This document shows, piece after piece, positions 37,430-46,445 of a DNA stretch of 58,013 nt. The stretch covers positions 1 to 58,013 of the forward strand of contig JAFTJI010000077.1 in NCBI GenBank assembly GCA_017456495.1. The letters are read 5' to 3'. Made by a program: the position numbers and the translations under genes. The notes below the pieces were generated by a model. It did not search any database. It saw nothing but the letters and a program-made list of their open reading frames with translations, and had not been told where the DNA came from. Numbering within the stretch: position 1 is the first letter of the stretch; each line of letters begins with the position of its first letter. The stretch is from Lentisphaeria bacterium (GTDB taxonomy: Bacteria; Verrucomicrobiota; Lentisphaeria; Victivallales; UBA1829).

Positions 37430-38566
37430 ATGAAAAAGATTCAGACAGCCGTTTATTATTTCCCCAACTACCATGTGGATCCCCGGAATGAAGCTGTTCA
37501 TGGACAGGGATGGACCGAATGGGAACTCATGAAAGTCGCGCGTCCCCGTTTTGAAGGACATGATCAGCCGAAGGTCCCTCTTTGGGGATATGAAGACGAG
37601 GCAGATCCCGCAGTAATGGCAAAAAAAATCGACGTCGCTGTAGAACATGGTGTCGATGCGTTTATCTTTGACTGGTACTGGTACGAAGGACCCTATCTGG
37701 AACGCTGTCTGAAAGAAGGTTTCCTCGGCGCGCCCAATAATGACAAAATGAAATTTGCTCTTATGTGGGCGAACCATGACTGGAAGAATTTCCATCCGGG
37801 CGGACGGGATACGAAAAACTATCCCATCAACTTCCCGTGGAGTACCCGCCGGGAAACTGTCGGATACGTCTGGGATTATATCATTGAAAACTTCATGACC
37901 AAGCCAAATTACTGGCGCGTGGATGGTCTGCCGTACTTCTCCATTTATGCTGTGAACCGTTTTATTGGTCAGATGGGCGGCGTGGAAGCAACCGCAGAAG
38001 TTCTCGCTGAGTTCCGTGAAAAAGCCGTCAAAGCCGGTTTGCCCGGAATCCATATCGGCGGTATCTGGTTTGACGTTCTCGACAGTCATCCGGCTTACTC
38101 CGAATGTCCTCAGGCTGACTGGGCAAACAAACTCGGTTTCTCCAGCTACACCAGTTACAACAACTGCTGCACGACTGATGAATGGTTCCGGAACTTCCCG
38201 CACATTGATTACGATAAATCTGCGGAAGAGTACTATCAGATCGCCCGCAAGGCTATGACAACTCTTCCCGCACCGTATCACCCCGTTGTAACTGCCGGAT
38301 GGGATTCCACGCCACGCTGTACGCAGTCTGAAGTTTATGATGCCAAGCCGTCCTATCCCTATCTTGGTGTGATGCAGCCCACTCCTGAAAAATTCGGAAA
38401 AGCCGTTGCAGAAACAGTAAAGATTTTGAAAGAATATGCTGCAGATAATCCGATTTTCTTCATCAACGCATGGAACGAATGGACAGAAGGAAGCTATCTG
38501 GAGCCTGACACCCGGTTCGGTATGGCTGTATTGGAAAACCTGAAAAAAGAACTTGCTTTACAATAA
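37430..38566 (+). CDS. WbsX / GH99-like domain protein (PF14307-type), no signal peptide
   Basis: [15 protein letters not shown]...[32 protein letters not shown] and [15 protein letters not shown] resemble the WbsX/GH99-like TIM-barrel family. Confidence 0.65.
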   Translation: MKKIQTAVYYFPNYHVDPRNEAVHGQGWTEWELMKVARPRFEGHDQPKVPLWGYEDEADPAVMAKKIDVAVEHGVDAFIFDWYWYEGPYLERCLKEGFLGAPNNDKMKFALMWANHDWKNFHPGGRDTKNYPINFPWSTRRETVGYVWDYIIENFMTKPNYWRVDGLPYFSIYAVNRFIGQMGGVEATAEVLAEFREKAVKAGLPGIHIGGIWFDVLDSHPAYSECPQADWANKLGFSSYTSYNNCCTTDEWFRNFPHIDYDKSAEEYYQIARKAMTTLPAPYHPVVTAGWDSTPRCTQSEVYDAKPSYPYLGVMQPTPEKFGKAVAETVKILKEYAADNPIFFINAWNEWTEGSYLEPDTRFGMAVLENLKKELALQ

Positions 38567-38588
38567 TTTACAGAAAAGAGGTCTTTTT

Positions 38589-39386
38589 ATGAAAAGAATG
38601 AACCCCGCCTGCAGGCGGGTAAAGCACCAGTGCTTTACCTTGATAGAGCTGTTAGTGGTAATTGCAATCATCGCGATTCTTGCAGGAATGCTTCTGCCTG
38701 CTTTGAACAGTGCCAGAGAAAAAGGAAGAAGTTCTTCGTGTGTGAATAATTTGAAAGGCATTGGAACTGCTCAGGCAATGTATTCTGATGATCACGACGG
38801 TTGGATTCTTCCCTGTAGAATGCCAAATTATGAAGAGTCTCAGGATCAGTGGTTTATGGTTCTTTCAGGCGTTGACAGTTCCGGTGTGAAAAGCAAAAAA
38901 TATGCCGGATGGGGAGTCGCTTTTTATGGGCTAAATAATCCAAAAGGATCTTTTTATTGTCCTTCTGCCAATCCGAAAGTGAAATATGGCTGCACAACAT
39001 ATGGCATCAACCGTTTTTTGCTGGGAGATGACGGAGTTGGTTATTACGCCAGAAAAACTTCATGTGTAACCAGTGCAGCTTCAGCTGTTTTTTCTGCAGA
39101 TTTATCTCATACAGGAACTTATCGTATGCATGATTCCGGATCTTTGGCATTCCGTCATGGCGGCGATCCCGGAGATGGTGTCCGTGGGCTCGGTTCGGGA
39201 TACAATCTTAAATCCGGTGGAGCTGGTTATACTCCCGCCGGAAAGACGAACGTCCTTTATTTTGACGGTCATGTTTCAAGCTTGAGCTTGCAGCAGGTGA
39301 TGATCCTTGATGGCGGGATTAATAACCATAAATTCATAAAGTCTACAGGTTTTAATCCTGATCAGAAAAGTGCCCCGTTGATGTAA
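38589..39386 (+). CDS. Prepilin-type N-terminal domain protein of the DUF1559 / H-X9-DG class (pseudopilin-like)
   Basis: [32 protein letters not shown] at the N-terminus and [10 protein letters not shown] near the C-terminus. I set the start at the ATG at 38589, after AAAAGAGG. Confidence 0.85.
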   Translation: MKRMNPACRRVKHQCFTLIELLVVIAIIAILAGMLLPALNSAREKGRSSSCVNNLKGIGTAQAMYSDDHDGWILPCRMPNYEESQDQWFMVLSGVDSSGVKSKKYAGWGVAFYGLNNPKGSFYCPSANPKVKYGCTTYGINRFLLGDDGVGYYARKTSCVTSAASAVFSADLSHTGTYRMHDSGSLAFRHGGDPGDGVRGLGSGYNLKSGGAGYTPAGKTNVLYFDGHVSSLSLQQVMILDGGINNHKFIKSTGFNPDQKSAPLM

Positions 39387-39405
39387 AACCACATGAAATG
39401 GTACG

Positions 39406-39443
39406 GCATAACAAAGCTGCTTGAAAAATTATCTTTGTTATGC
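39406..39443 (+). other. Perfect 11-bp stem hairpin between the two pseudopilin-like genes
   Basis: GCATAACAAAG, 16 nt, CTTTGTTATGC. No clear T-tract follows, so its function is unclear. Confidence 0.3.
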
Positions 39444-39493
39444 TGGATTGTATAGTGAACACCCCCAAAAAAATTTTATATAGGAGTTTGAAA

Positions 39494-40306
39494 ATGGAAA
39501 GAGCAGGCAGGACTTTTTGCAGCAGGTTTACTTTGATCGAATTGTTAGTTGTTATCGCAATCATTGCGATTCTTGCCGGCATGCTGTTGCCCGCATTGAA
39601 CAGTGCCAGAGAAAAAGGGCGCAGTGCCAGCTGTACCAATAATTTAAACACGATCGGCAAAGCTCAGGCTATGTATTCTGCGGATCATGATGACTGGATC
39701 CTGCCCAGCCGTATGCCGAATTATGATGGCAATTACGACCAGTGGCATATGGTGCTTTCCGGAAAAGATACCAGTGGAAAAAAGAATCCGAAATATGCCG
39801 GTTGGGGGGCAAGTTTCCACGGAGATTTCAGATACGCAGGAAAAGGAAAAACCTGTACTTTTACCTGCCCGACGGCGAATCCGAATGTTGCCTGGACAAC
39901 AACTCATTATGCCCACAACCGTTTTTTACTGGGAGATGTCAAAGAGGATGGGGTCCAAAAAGTTTTTGCCAGAAAAACTTCTTGCGTAACCTCCGCATCT
40001 TCAGTAATTTTTGCCAGCGACCTGGTCAATAAAGGAGGTTCTTATTTGCATGATATGGCATCATCTTCATACCGTCATGGCGGGAGTGGAGATCCCGGTG
40101 ATGGAACACGGGGAGTCGGAACAGGTTGGCATTAAAAAAACAATAAATTAGGTTATATTCCGTCAGGCAGGACAAATATCGTTTACTTTGATGGTCATGT
40201 TCATTCCATGTCCGTTGCAGAAGCTGTTGCCTTTGAAGGTAATGTTGATGGCAAACTTCTGAAAACCGGCTGGAATGATGTCCGCGGTCCGGAGTGGGCT
40301 TATTAA
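39494..40306 (+). pseudogene. Second DUF1559 / H-X9-DG pseudopilin-like gene, interrupted by an in-frame TAA at 40133-40135
   Basis: The ORF 39494-40135 ends ...GVGTGWH-stop. The same frame then continues KNNKLGYIPSGRTNIVYFDGHVHSM... to a TAA at 40304-40306, colinear with the intact neighbour. Confidence 0.75.
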
Positions 40307-40326
40307 AATAGTGTTTTCTCTGAAAA

Positions 40327-40354
40327 AACTCCTGAAAGGTTCTGTTCAGGAGTT
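40327..40354 (+). terminator. Weak terminator/attenuator-like hairpin upstream of paralog 5
   Basis: AACTCCTGAA / TTCAGGAGTT form a 10-bp stem with an 8-nt loop, followed by a short T run that partly lies within the stem extension. Confidence 0.35.
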
Positions 40355-40386
40355 TTGGGCACTTATTCTAATCTTCAGGAGTCAAA

Positions 40387-43300
40387 ATGAAGAAAATATT
40401 TTCTGCTGTTGTCCTTTTTGCGGCAGTGAGTATATTCGGGAATCCAATGTCCGATAAAACCATTTTACGCTTTGCTGCCATGCCTGCGGCTCCGGTGATA
40501 GATGGAAAAATCGGTGTCGATGAATGGAAATATGCCTCAACGACCTTTGGCGGGATCTCTCCGGAAACTGGATTGATGACACGCCGCCAGAATGATTTCC
40601 GTCTGGGGTATGATGCAAAAAACATTTACGTTGCTATTACCAGCGAAACACCTCTTGCTCCCCAGCCTCTTACAGACGCGGATCGCGTGGAGTTCCGTTT
40701 CATCGCCCCCGGAAAACAGACTCCTGTTGTGATTTCTTTTGACAGCACAGGGAAAGGAAATATCCCTGCCGGAGTGATCGTGAAAAACGGTATTGATGTT
40801 GCCTTGATGAACTCCGAACAGGGCAAATGCTGGACCGCTGAAGTTGCGATTCCCCTTTCCGTCTTCGGTCTCACTTCTATTCAAGATGGAGAGGAATGGA
40901 AATTCCAGATGATGCGTCATTGGTCAAGCCGGAAGGAAACAGGATATTTCCACAATCCGAAAAGGAATAATGAAATGGCGACCTTTATTCCGGATCGGAA
41001 CGCCATGATTGTCAGCTTTGACGGTTTCGGACATCATATGTATCCCGCAACCGGAAACTACAATTGGACCTACCGGATTGAGAATCCGCACAACTTTAAA
41101 GCCTATGTTCACTCCAACAGTTTCCGATCCGGGTTGAATGGCGCTCCAACCCTTGACATCAATAATCCTGATCTTCTTGGCAGTGAAACAAGAGTCCGGA
41201 TCGGTTACAGTGCGTTGCTCCATCCCGGAAAAACGGAGTATTTCCGTCTTTACATGATGGCTCAGTTCCCCGGAAAAGCACGCTGTCTTTACTCTCAAAT
41301 CGTTGATAATACGAAAGAACGCCGTCCGCTTTATCAGCGTGTGATGTTCTGGGATACTGTTCTGTCCCAGCGTGCAGCCGTTTATCAGGATGAAGTCGGT
41401 TATCCCTACTTGAGCAGCGGTTTTTATCCCTCTTACGGAAACAAGCTCCGGGTCGCTGCAACATTCAATCCGAAATTGCCTGTCGGTTATGCGGAGATCA
41501 ATGTCCGGGATTCCAAAGGAAAGGTCATACATACATTCCGAAAGAGCAATTTCGGCAAGGCGTTAAAAGATTTTGAAGACCAGACTGTCCTTCCGGAACT
41601 TCCCCTGGGTGATTACACTGTGACAATGGATACCATCGCTCTGGATGGCAGAAAATTCAGTCATACAAGAACCTTTTCTGTCCGCAAGTTTGCATGGCAG
41701 GGATTGAATCTTGGAAAAGACCGGGTAATCATTCCGCCTTTCAAGCCTTTGAAGTACAGCTCTGTGTTCAGCAAAGAAGTTCATTCCCTGCAGACCGGCT
41801 ACAAACTCGGTGACGGGATCTGGCAGGAGATCTATGCGGAAAAAGAGAATATCCTTGCTGCGCCTGTTCAGCTTTTTCTTGACGGTAAACCCGTCAAAGC
41901 CGATTCCATCAAGCTGATTTCTGCCGCAAAAGATCAGATCGTCTTTGAAACCTCTTCCAAAATGGAGAAAGTAAAATTTGTTCTGCGTCAGGATTACGAT
42001 TATGACGGATTCTGCAAGGTGACTGTAACAATGATTCCGGATGGAACAGTCAAAGTCAAAAACTTTGAACTGCGCATCCCCCTGAAAAATAAAATTGTAA
42101 AATATTACTCGTCTTTGCACGGAAACCGCCGCCGTGGTCAGGGAAAAGTCGATTGGTCTGTCCCGAAAGGCGAGGGGGAACTCAACATGTCTGCTTTTGT
42201 TCACTCAAAAGGACGAATCCAGAATTACTTCTGGATGGGTGGGGAATATAAAGGGCTTGGCTGGATCATTGATACCCAGAAAGGGTTCTCTCTGAACCGG
42301 AATACTGTCCCTTACAGAATCGTTCGCAAGGGGGATACTCTCACCTACATAATGGATATCGTGAACATCCCGGCAGAATGGAAAAACTCCTGGAGTTTTG
42401 AAATCGGTTTCATCCCCACTCCTGTTAAACCCCAGAACAAACGTTATCGTGCAATCTCCCAGCCGATGTATGACTATCCTACTGCTGAAGGTTCTGTCGC
42501 AGCCGGTATGATGAATGTCTTCCAATGGCCCCTGGATTACAGCTATGACATCAACCAGTTCCCCAATGGAGATGATTCCTACTACCGTACGATCCTTGCC
42601 AGCCGCGGTAAAAAGGTTACTGAGCCCCAACGGAAAAAATATGCTGATGATTATATTGCACGGAATCAAGAGTGGATCTTGAAACATGCTCCGCTTACAG
42701 ACTTGAATGTGATCTGGAAAAAGTTCTATGACCGCCGCGTTTATGGCGAAGATTACTTTCTGATGTATCATAATCCGGCTTACTATTCCTGCCGCTGGAG
42801 AGAAGCTGAGATGTATAAAGCAGAATGGCTTCCGTGGGATTATCCTGTGGATGATGCCCATAATGAGTATATCGCATGCCAAACCCCGGAATACATTGAT
42901 AAAATGCTGTGGGAAATAAAAAAACAGATCGATTACGGTTTCGATGGCATGAACTTTGACTGTTTCCCCCTTGGCGGCGGGTTTAACACCGTTTCAATGA
43001 AAGCCTTCCGGGAACATCCGGGAAGTGCGCCGATCATCAGTAATGCCAACATGCTTCAGACGGCATCAGCAGGAATCAATCATGTAACCAATCTGTTCGG
43101 CTGGCGCGAATTGATGAAACGGACTGCTCATCTGCTTTATGTCAATAACCGTCTGGTCTTCGGCGTTCCCTGGGTCGAGGTTCACGATACCAATGTTCAG
43201 CCTGTCTGTATTGCCTCTTTCTGTTCCACTGTAATAACTACAGAATGCGGCAGCGGCGGAAAAAGTTACTTTGACCGTTTCCCGGAAGGCGCAGTTCTTG

Positions 43301-43785
43301 GGGATATCGCCGGGCTTCAGTCCGGTGTCGTTCCCCGGACGATCTTTTCCACTTCATCCGGTAAAATTTCCAAAGCGGAACAAATCAAGAGTTTGATTGC
43401 CTTCTCCTTTGCATATGGTCTGATGAATCATGTTGATCAGGGCGTGACAAGAGGTTACAAAGATTACCGGATTGCCAGAGATGAAGTTTTTTCATTCGGT
43501 TACGGCAGACCGGAAAACAGAACTATTGCATTTTATGACGCTGAAAAGCAGCCCATTACCTGTAATGTGAAATCCATCCGTACAACGCAGGTGATCCGCC
43601 CGGATGGAAAAGCTCTCCTGATGGTTGGTAATACCGGCGATAAAGTCAAGGTCAAGTTTGATTTCTCCGGGTTGAAGTATGGGAAATACAAGATCACAGA
43701 TGTTTTTACCGGAAAAGTTCTGCCGTCTGCGGAAATCGAAGTCCAGCGTCATGGCTATGCTTTACTGAAAATCGAAAAACTTTAA
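40387..43785 (+). CDS. Secreted ~1130-aa multidomain protein, paralog 5
   Basis: RBS CAGGAG and signal peptide MKKIFSAVVLFAAVSIFG. Paralog 1 is its closest relative. Confidence 0.85.
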   Translation: MKKIFSAVVLFAAVSIFGNPMSDKTILRFAAMPAAPVIDGKIGVDEWKYASTTFGGISPETGLMTRRQNDFRLGYDAKNIYVAITSETPLAPQPLTDADRVEFRFIAPGKQTPVVISFDSTGKGNIPAGVIVKNGIDVALMNSEQGKCWTAEVAIPLSVFGLTSIQDGEEWKFQMMRHWSSRKETGYFHNPKRNNEMATFIPDRNAMIVSFDGFGHHMYPATGNYNWTYRIENPHNFKAYVHSNSFRSGLNGAPTLDINNPDLLGSETRVRIGYSALLHPGKTEYFRLYMMAQFPGKARCLYSQIVDNTKERRPLYQRVMFWDTVLSQRAAVYQDEVGYPYLSSGFYPSYGNKLRVAATFNPKLPVGYAEINVRDSKGKVIHTFRKSNFGKALKDFEDQTVLPELPLGDYTVTMDTIALDGRKFSHTRTFSVRKFAWQGLNLGKDRVIIPPFKPLKYSSVFSKEVHSLQTGYKLGDGIWQEIYAEKENILAAPVQLFLDGKPVKADSIKLISAAKDQIVFETSSKMEKVKFVLRQDYDYDGFCKVTVTMIPDGTVKVKNFELRIPLKNKIVKYYSSLHGNRRRGQGKVDWSVPKGEGELNMSAFVHSKGRIQNYFWMGGEYKGLGWIIDTQKGFSLNRNTVPYRIVRKGDTLTYIMDIVNIPAEWKNSWSFEIGFIPTPVKPQNKRYRAISQPMYDYPTAEGSVAAGMMNVFQWPLDYSYDINQFPNGDDSYYRTILASRGKKVTEPQRKKYADDYIARNQEWILKHAPLTDLNVIWKKFYDRRVYGEDYFLMYHNPAYYSCRWREAEMYKAEWLPWDYPVDDAHNEYIACQTPEYIDKMLWEIKKQIDYGFDGMNFDCFPLGGGFNTVSMKAFREHPGSAPIISNANMLQTASAGINHVTNLFGWRELMKRTAHLLYVNNRLVFGVPWVEVHDTNVQPVCIASFCSTVITTECGSGGKSYFDRFPEGAVLGDIAGLQSGVVPRTIFSTSSGKISKAEQIKSLIAFSFAYGLMNHVDQGVTRGYKDYRIARDEVFSFGYGRPENRTIAFYDAEKQPITCNVKSIRTTQVIRPDGKALLMVGNTGDKVKVKFDFSGLKYGKYKITDVFTGKVLPSAEIEVQRHGYALLKIEKL

Positions 43786-43797
43786 AGGAAATTTGTA

Positions 43798-45402
43798 ATG
43801 CGGGATGAACGGGTAATTGACTATATAACACCGGTGCGTATTGTCGCCTCGGAGCATTGCGGGAACACTCAAATTCTGCTGAAAGAATCTCCGGGGCAGG
43901 CTTCAACATCTGCCAGACCGGAGTGTATCCTTGAACCGGGAGGTTGGATCGTTCTGGATTTCGGACGTGAATATTATGGCGGAATTGAACTCGTTTTTGG
44001 AGCATTCGAAGAGTCCATGCGGCACGTTTTGCTGACATTTGGAGAATCTGTTGCCGAAACGTTTTCGCATCCCAGGCACGGTCATTCGGTTCAGGAAACG
44101 ATGCTCTCTTTCCCCGCATGGAGTGTCATTACTTTCGGAAAACTTGCATTCCGGTTTGTAAAACTTGAAAATACAAACAGTTATCCAGTCGGGATTCAGG
44201 GGATCCGGGCATCGTTTCTGCATCGGGAATTCTCTGCTGAAGCCTCGTTCCGCTGTTCCGATCCGCTTTTGAATGAGATCTGGAATGCCTCCGCATGGTC
44301 TCTGAAACTCTGCATGCAGGATTATATGTGGGACGGCGCAAAGCGTGATCAGCTTGTTTGGATGGGTGATCTTCTGCCGGAGCTTTTTACCTGTGCAACC
44401 CTGTTCGGACATCAGGAAATAGCAGAAAAGAGTCTGGATTATCTCCGTGATGAGACTCCTTTGCCGCAAATGATGAACGGTTGCGGAACATATTCGTTCT
44501 GGTGGATCATCGGGCAGGGATTCTGGTATCGTCGGTTCGGGTCACTTGAATATTTGAGAATGCAGCATGATTATTTAAAGGGATTGGTGACACTTCTCGC
44601 CGGAATGATTTCTGAGAATGGCGATCTTCAGCTGAAAGGCGGCTATCAGCTTCTGGATTGGGCAACAGGTATTGGCGTTGATGACGGACCCGCCATCCGA
44701 GCCGGATCTCATGCAATTTTACGATTGGCGTTTCTTGCCGGTGCTGAGCTATGCCGTGTTCTCAATGATGAAGAAACCGCATTGATTTGTGATGCCGCTG
44801 CGGAAAATTTATTGCGGAAACCGTTGCCGTTGTCGCACAGTACCGCTGCCAATGCGTTTCAGGTTCTTGCAGGGTTCCGGGATGCAAAAGAAGTTTATGA
44901 CCAGTGTTTCTCTGGGAATTTACCTCATGGCTTGTCAACATTCCTCGGCTGCTTCGTTCTGGATGCCTGTGCAAAAGCCGGACACCGGAAAGAGGCTTTG
45001 GAGTATATGCGTCAATACTGGGGCGGGATGCTGTCTGTCGGTGCGACCTCATTCTGGGAACATTTCGATCTGGACTGGCTGAAAGATGCCGGACGGATTG
45101 ATGAGCTTGTTCCTGAAGGGAAGCATGATATTCACGGTGAATATGGTGAAGGCTGTTTCAAGAGTTACCGGAACAGCTTCTGTCACGGTTGGGGTTCCAT
45201 GCCGGCAGAGTGGCTCTCACGGCAAATTTGCGGCGTAGACTTCGTTGATTCCCGGACGATCCATTTTATGCCTGATCTCTGCGGACTTGAGTGGGTCGAG
45301 GCAGATTTTCCTGTTTCCAATGGAATGATCCGGGTTCATCTCTCATCAGAAAAACAGGATATATCCGTTCCGGAAGGTTTTACCGTTATACGGCAGAACT
45401 GA
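43798..45402 (+). CDS. Six-hairpin glycosidase related to GH78 alpha-L-rhamnosidases (short form, cytoplasmic)
   Basis: WDGAKRDQLVWMGD resembles the GH78 DCPxRDExxGWTGD block, and SFCHGWGSMPAEWL resembles the C-terminal GH78 block. There is no signal peptide. Confidence 0.55.
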   Translation: MRDERVIDYITPVRIVASEHCGNTQILLKESPGQASTSARPECILEPGGWIVLDFGREYYGGIELVFGAFEESMRHVLLTFGESVAETFSHPRHGHSVQETMLSFPAWSVITFGKLAFRFVKLENTNSYPVGIQGIRASFLHREFSAEASFRCSDPLLNEIWNASAWSLKLCMQDYMWDGAKRDQLVWMGDLLPELFTCATLFGHQEIAEKSLDYLRDETPLPQMMNGCGTYSFWWIIGQGFWYRRFGSLEYLRMQHDYLKGLVTLLAGMISENGDLQLKGGYQLLDWATGIGVDDGPAIRAGSHAILRLAFLAGAELCRVLNDEETALICDAAAENLLRKPLPLSHSTAANAFQVLAGFRDAKEVYDQCFSGNLPHGLSTFLGCFVLDACAKAGHRKEALEYMRQYWGGMLSVGATSFWEHFDLDWLKDAGRIDELVPEGKHDIHGEYGEGCFKSYRNSFCHGWGSMPAEWLSRQICGVDFVDSRTIHFMPDLCGLEWVEADFPVSNGMIRVHLSSEKQDISVPEGFTVIRQN

Positions 45403-45416
45403 AAGAGTTGTGGCTC

Positions 45417-46289
45417 ATGAAAGAATATTTATCCAGCAAGATGTTTACGGATCCGGAGTTCCCCGTGGCGGTTTCCCGTCTGCTCCAGCGGTCCCAAATG
45501 ACACCGCACACCCATGATTTTATCGAATTTGTACTTGTCGCGGAAGGTCATACGATCCATCGTGTTGGTGCGGAAGGGGATTCTCTTTCCTATGGCTTGA
45601 TCCAGGGGGATTGCTTTACGATCCTTCCCGGGGAAGTTCATGCTTATTCCGACAGTAAAAACCTTGTTTTGTACAACGTCGCCTTCAAGGAAGAACTGCT
45701 TCAGAGTGTTCTTTCCGAGCTGAAGCAGTTGCCCATGTGGTCAAGATTGTTTGAATCCGGCAACTCTCCGCTGAGTAAACGGTTGCATTTACTGCCCCAT
45801 GAACGGATCAGAGCGGAAAGTTTTCTCCGGAAGATGATGTTGGAATTTTCTTACCGCCGTCCGGGATATCAATTCCGGGTAAAACTTGCATTGATGGAGA
45901 TGCTTTGCGCTGTTGATGATGCCAATATCGTTGAATGGCAGCCTTATGATGTGGAACCTTACAGCGGTTTGCTGAAAACTCTGGATTATCTGGAAAAAGT
46001 GGAAAGTGAGCCCTTCAATTTGACGGAACTTTCCCGTATGGCAGGGATGAGCGTCTCTTCTTATACAAAAAAATTCCGGGAAATGATCGGGGATTCTCCC
46101 TGCGAATATTTTCTCGGGATCAAACTGGAAAAAATCCGGAGTGAGCTTCTCCGGTCTGATATTTCCGTTTCAGAACTTGCTTTTAAATACGGCTTCTGCG
46201 ATACGTCTTATATGATAAAATTATTCCGTCGCAGGCATGGTTTGACCCCCACGCGTTACCGGAATATCATCATGTCAAAATCTAAATAA
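45417..46289 (+). CDS. AraC family transcriptional regulator (second copy, at the 3' end of the paralog operon)
   Basis: It has a cupin-like N-terminus (HTHDFIEFVLVAEGH) and an AraC HTH (VSELAFKYGFCDTSYMIKLFRRRHGLTPTRYR). I set the start at the ATG at 45417. Confidence 0.85.
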   Translation: MKEYLSSKMFTDPEFPVAVSRLLQRSQMTPHTHDFIEFVLVAEGHTIHRVGAEGDSLSYGLIQGDCFTILPGEVHAYSDSKNLVLYNVAFKEELLQSVLSELKQLPMWSRLFESGNSPLSKRLHLLPHERIRAESFLRKMMLEFSYRRPGYQFRVKLALMEMLCAVDDANIVEWQPYDVEPYSGLLKTLDYLEKVESEPFNLTELSRMAGMSVSSYTKKFREMIGDSPCEYFLGIKLEKIRSELLRSDISVSELAFKYGFCDTSYMIKLFRRRHGLTPTRYRNIIMSKSK

Positions 46290-46385
46290 ACTTCTTTTTT
46301 TTGTATCGTTTAATACCATTTAATATCGTTTGCTGTCAAATAGTGCTGATTAATATTTTATCTGAAAAGGCGTGTAACATAAAAA

Positions 46386-46425
46386 AGGACATGGAGTCCT
46401 CTATTACAGAAAAAATCCATGTCCT
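46386..46425 (-). terminator. Rho-independent terminator candidate for the GH2 gene
   Basis: AGGACATGGA / TCCATGTCCT form a 10-bp stem with a 20-nt loop. Read on the minus strand, a T5 run follows. Confidence 0.5.
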
Positions 46426-46445
46426 CAATAATATGGCTGTTCTGT

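Noticed and set aside
40131-40141. The A7 run (TTAAAAAAAC) in the second pseudopilin-like gene, considered as a programmed -1 frameshift or slippage site.
   Set aside because: The conserved downstream coding sequence is in the same frame as the upstream part, so no frameshift is needed. The interruption is a simple in-frame TAA.
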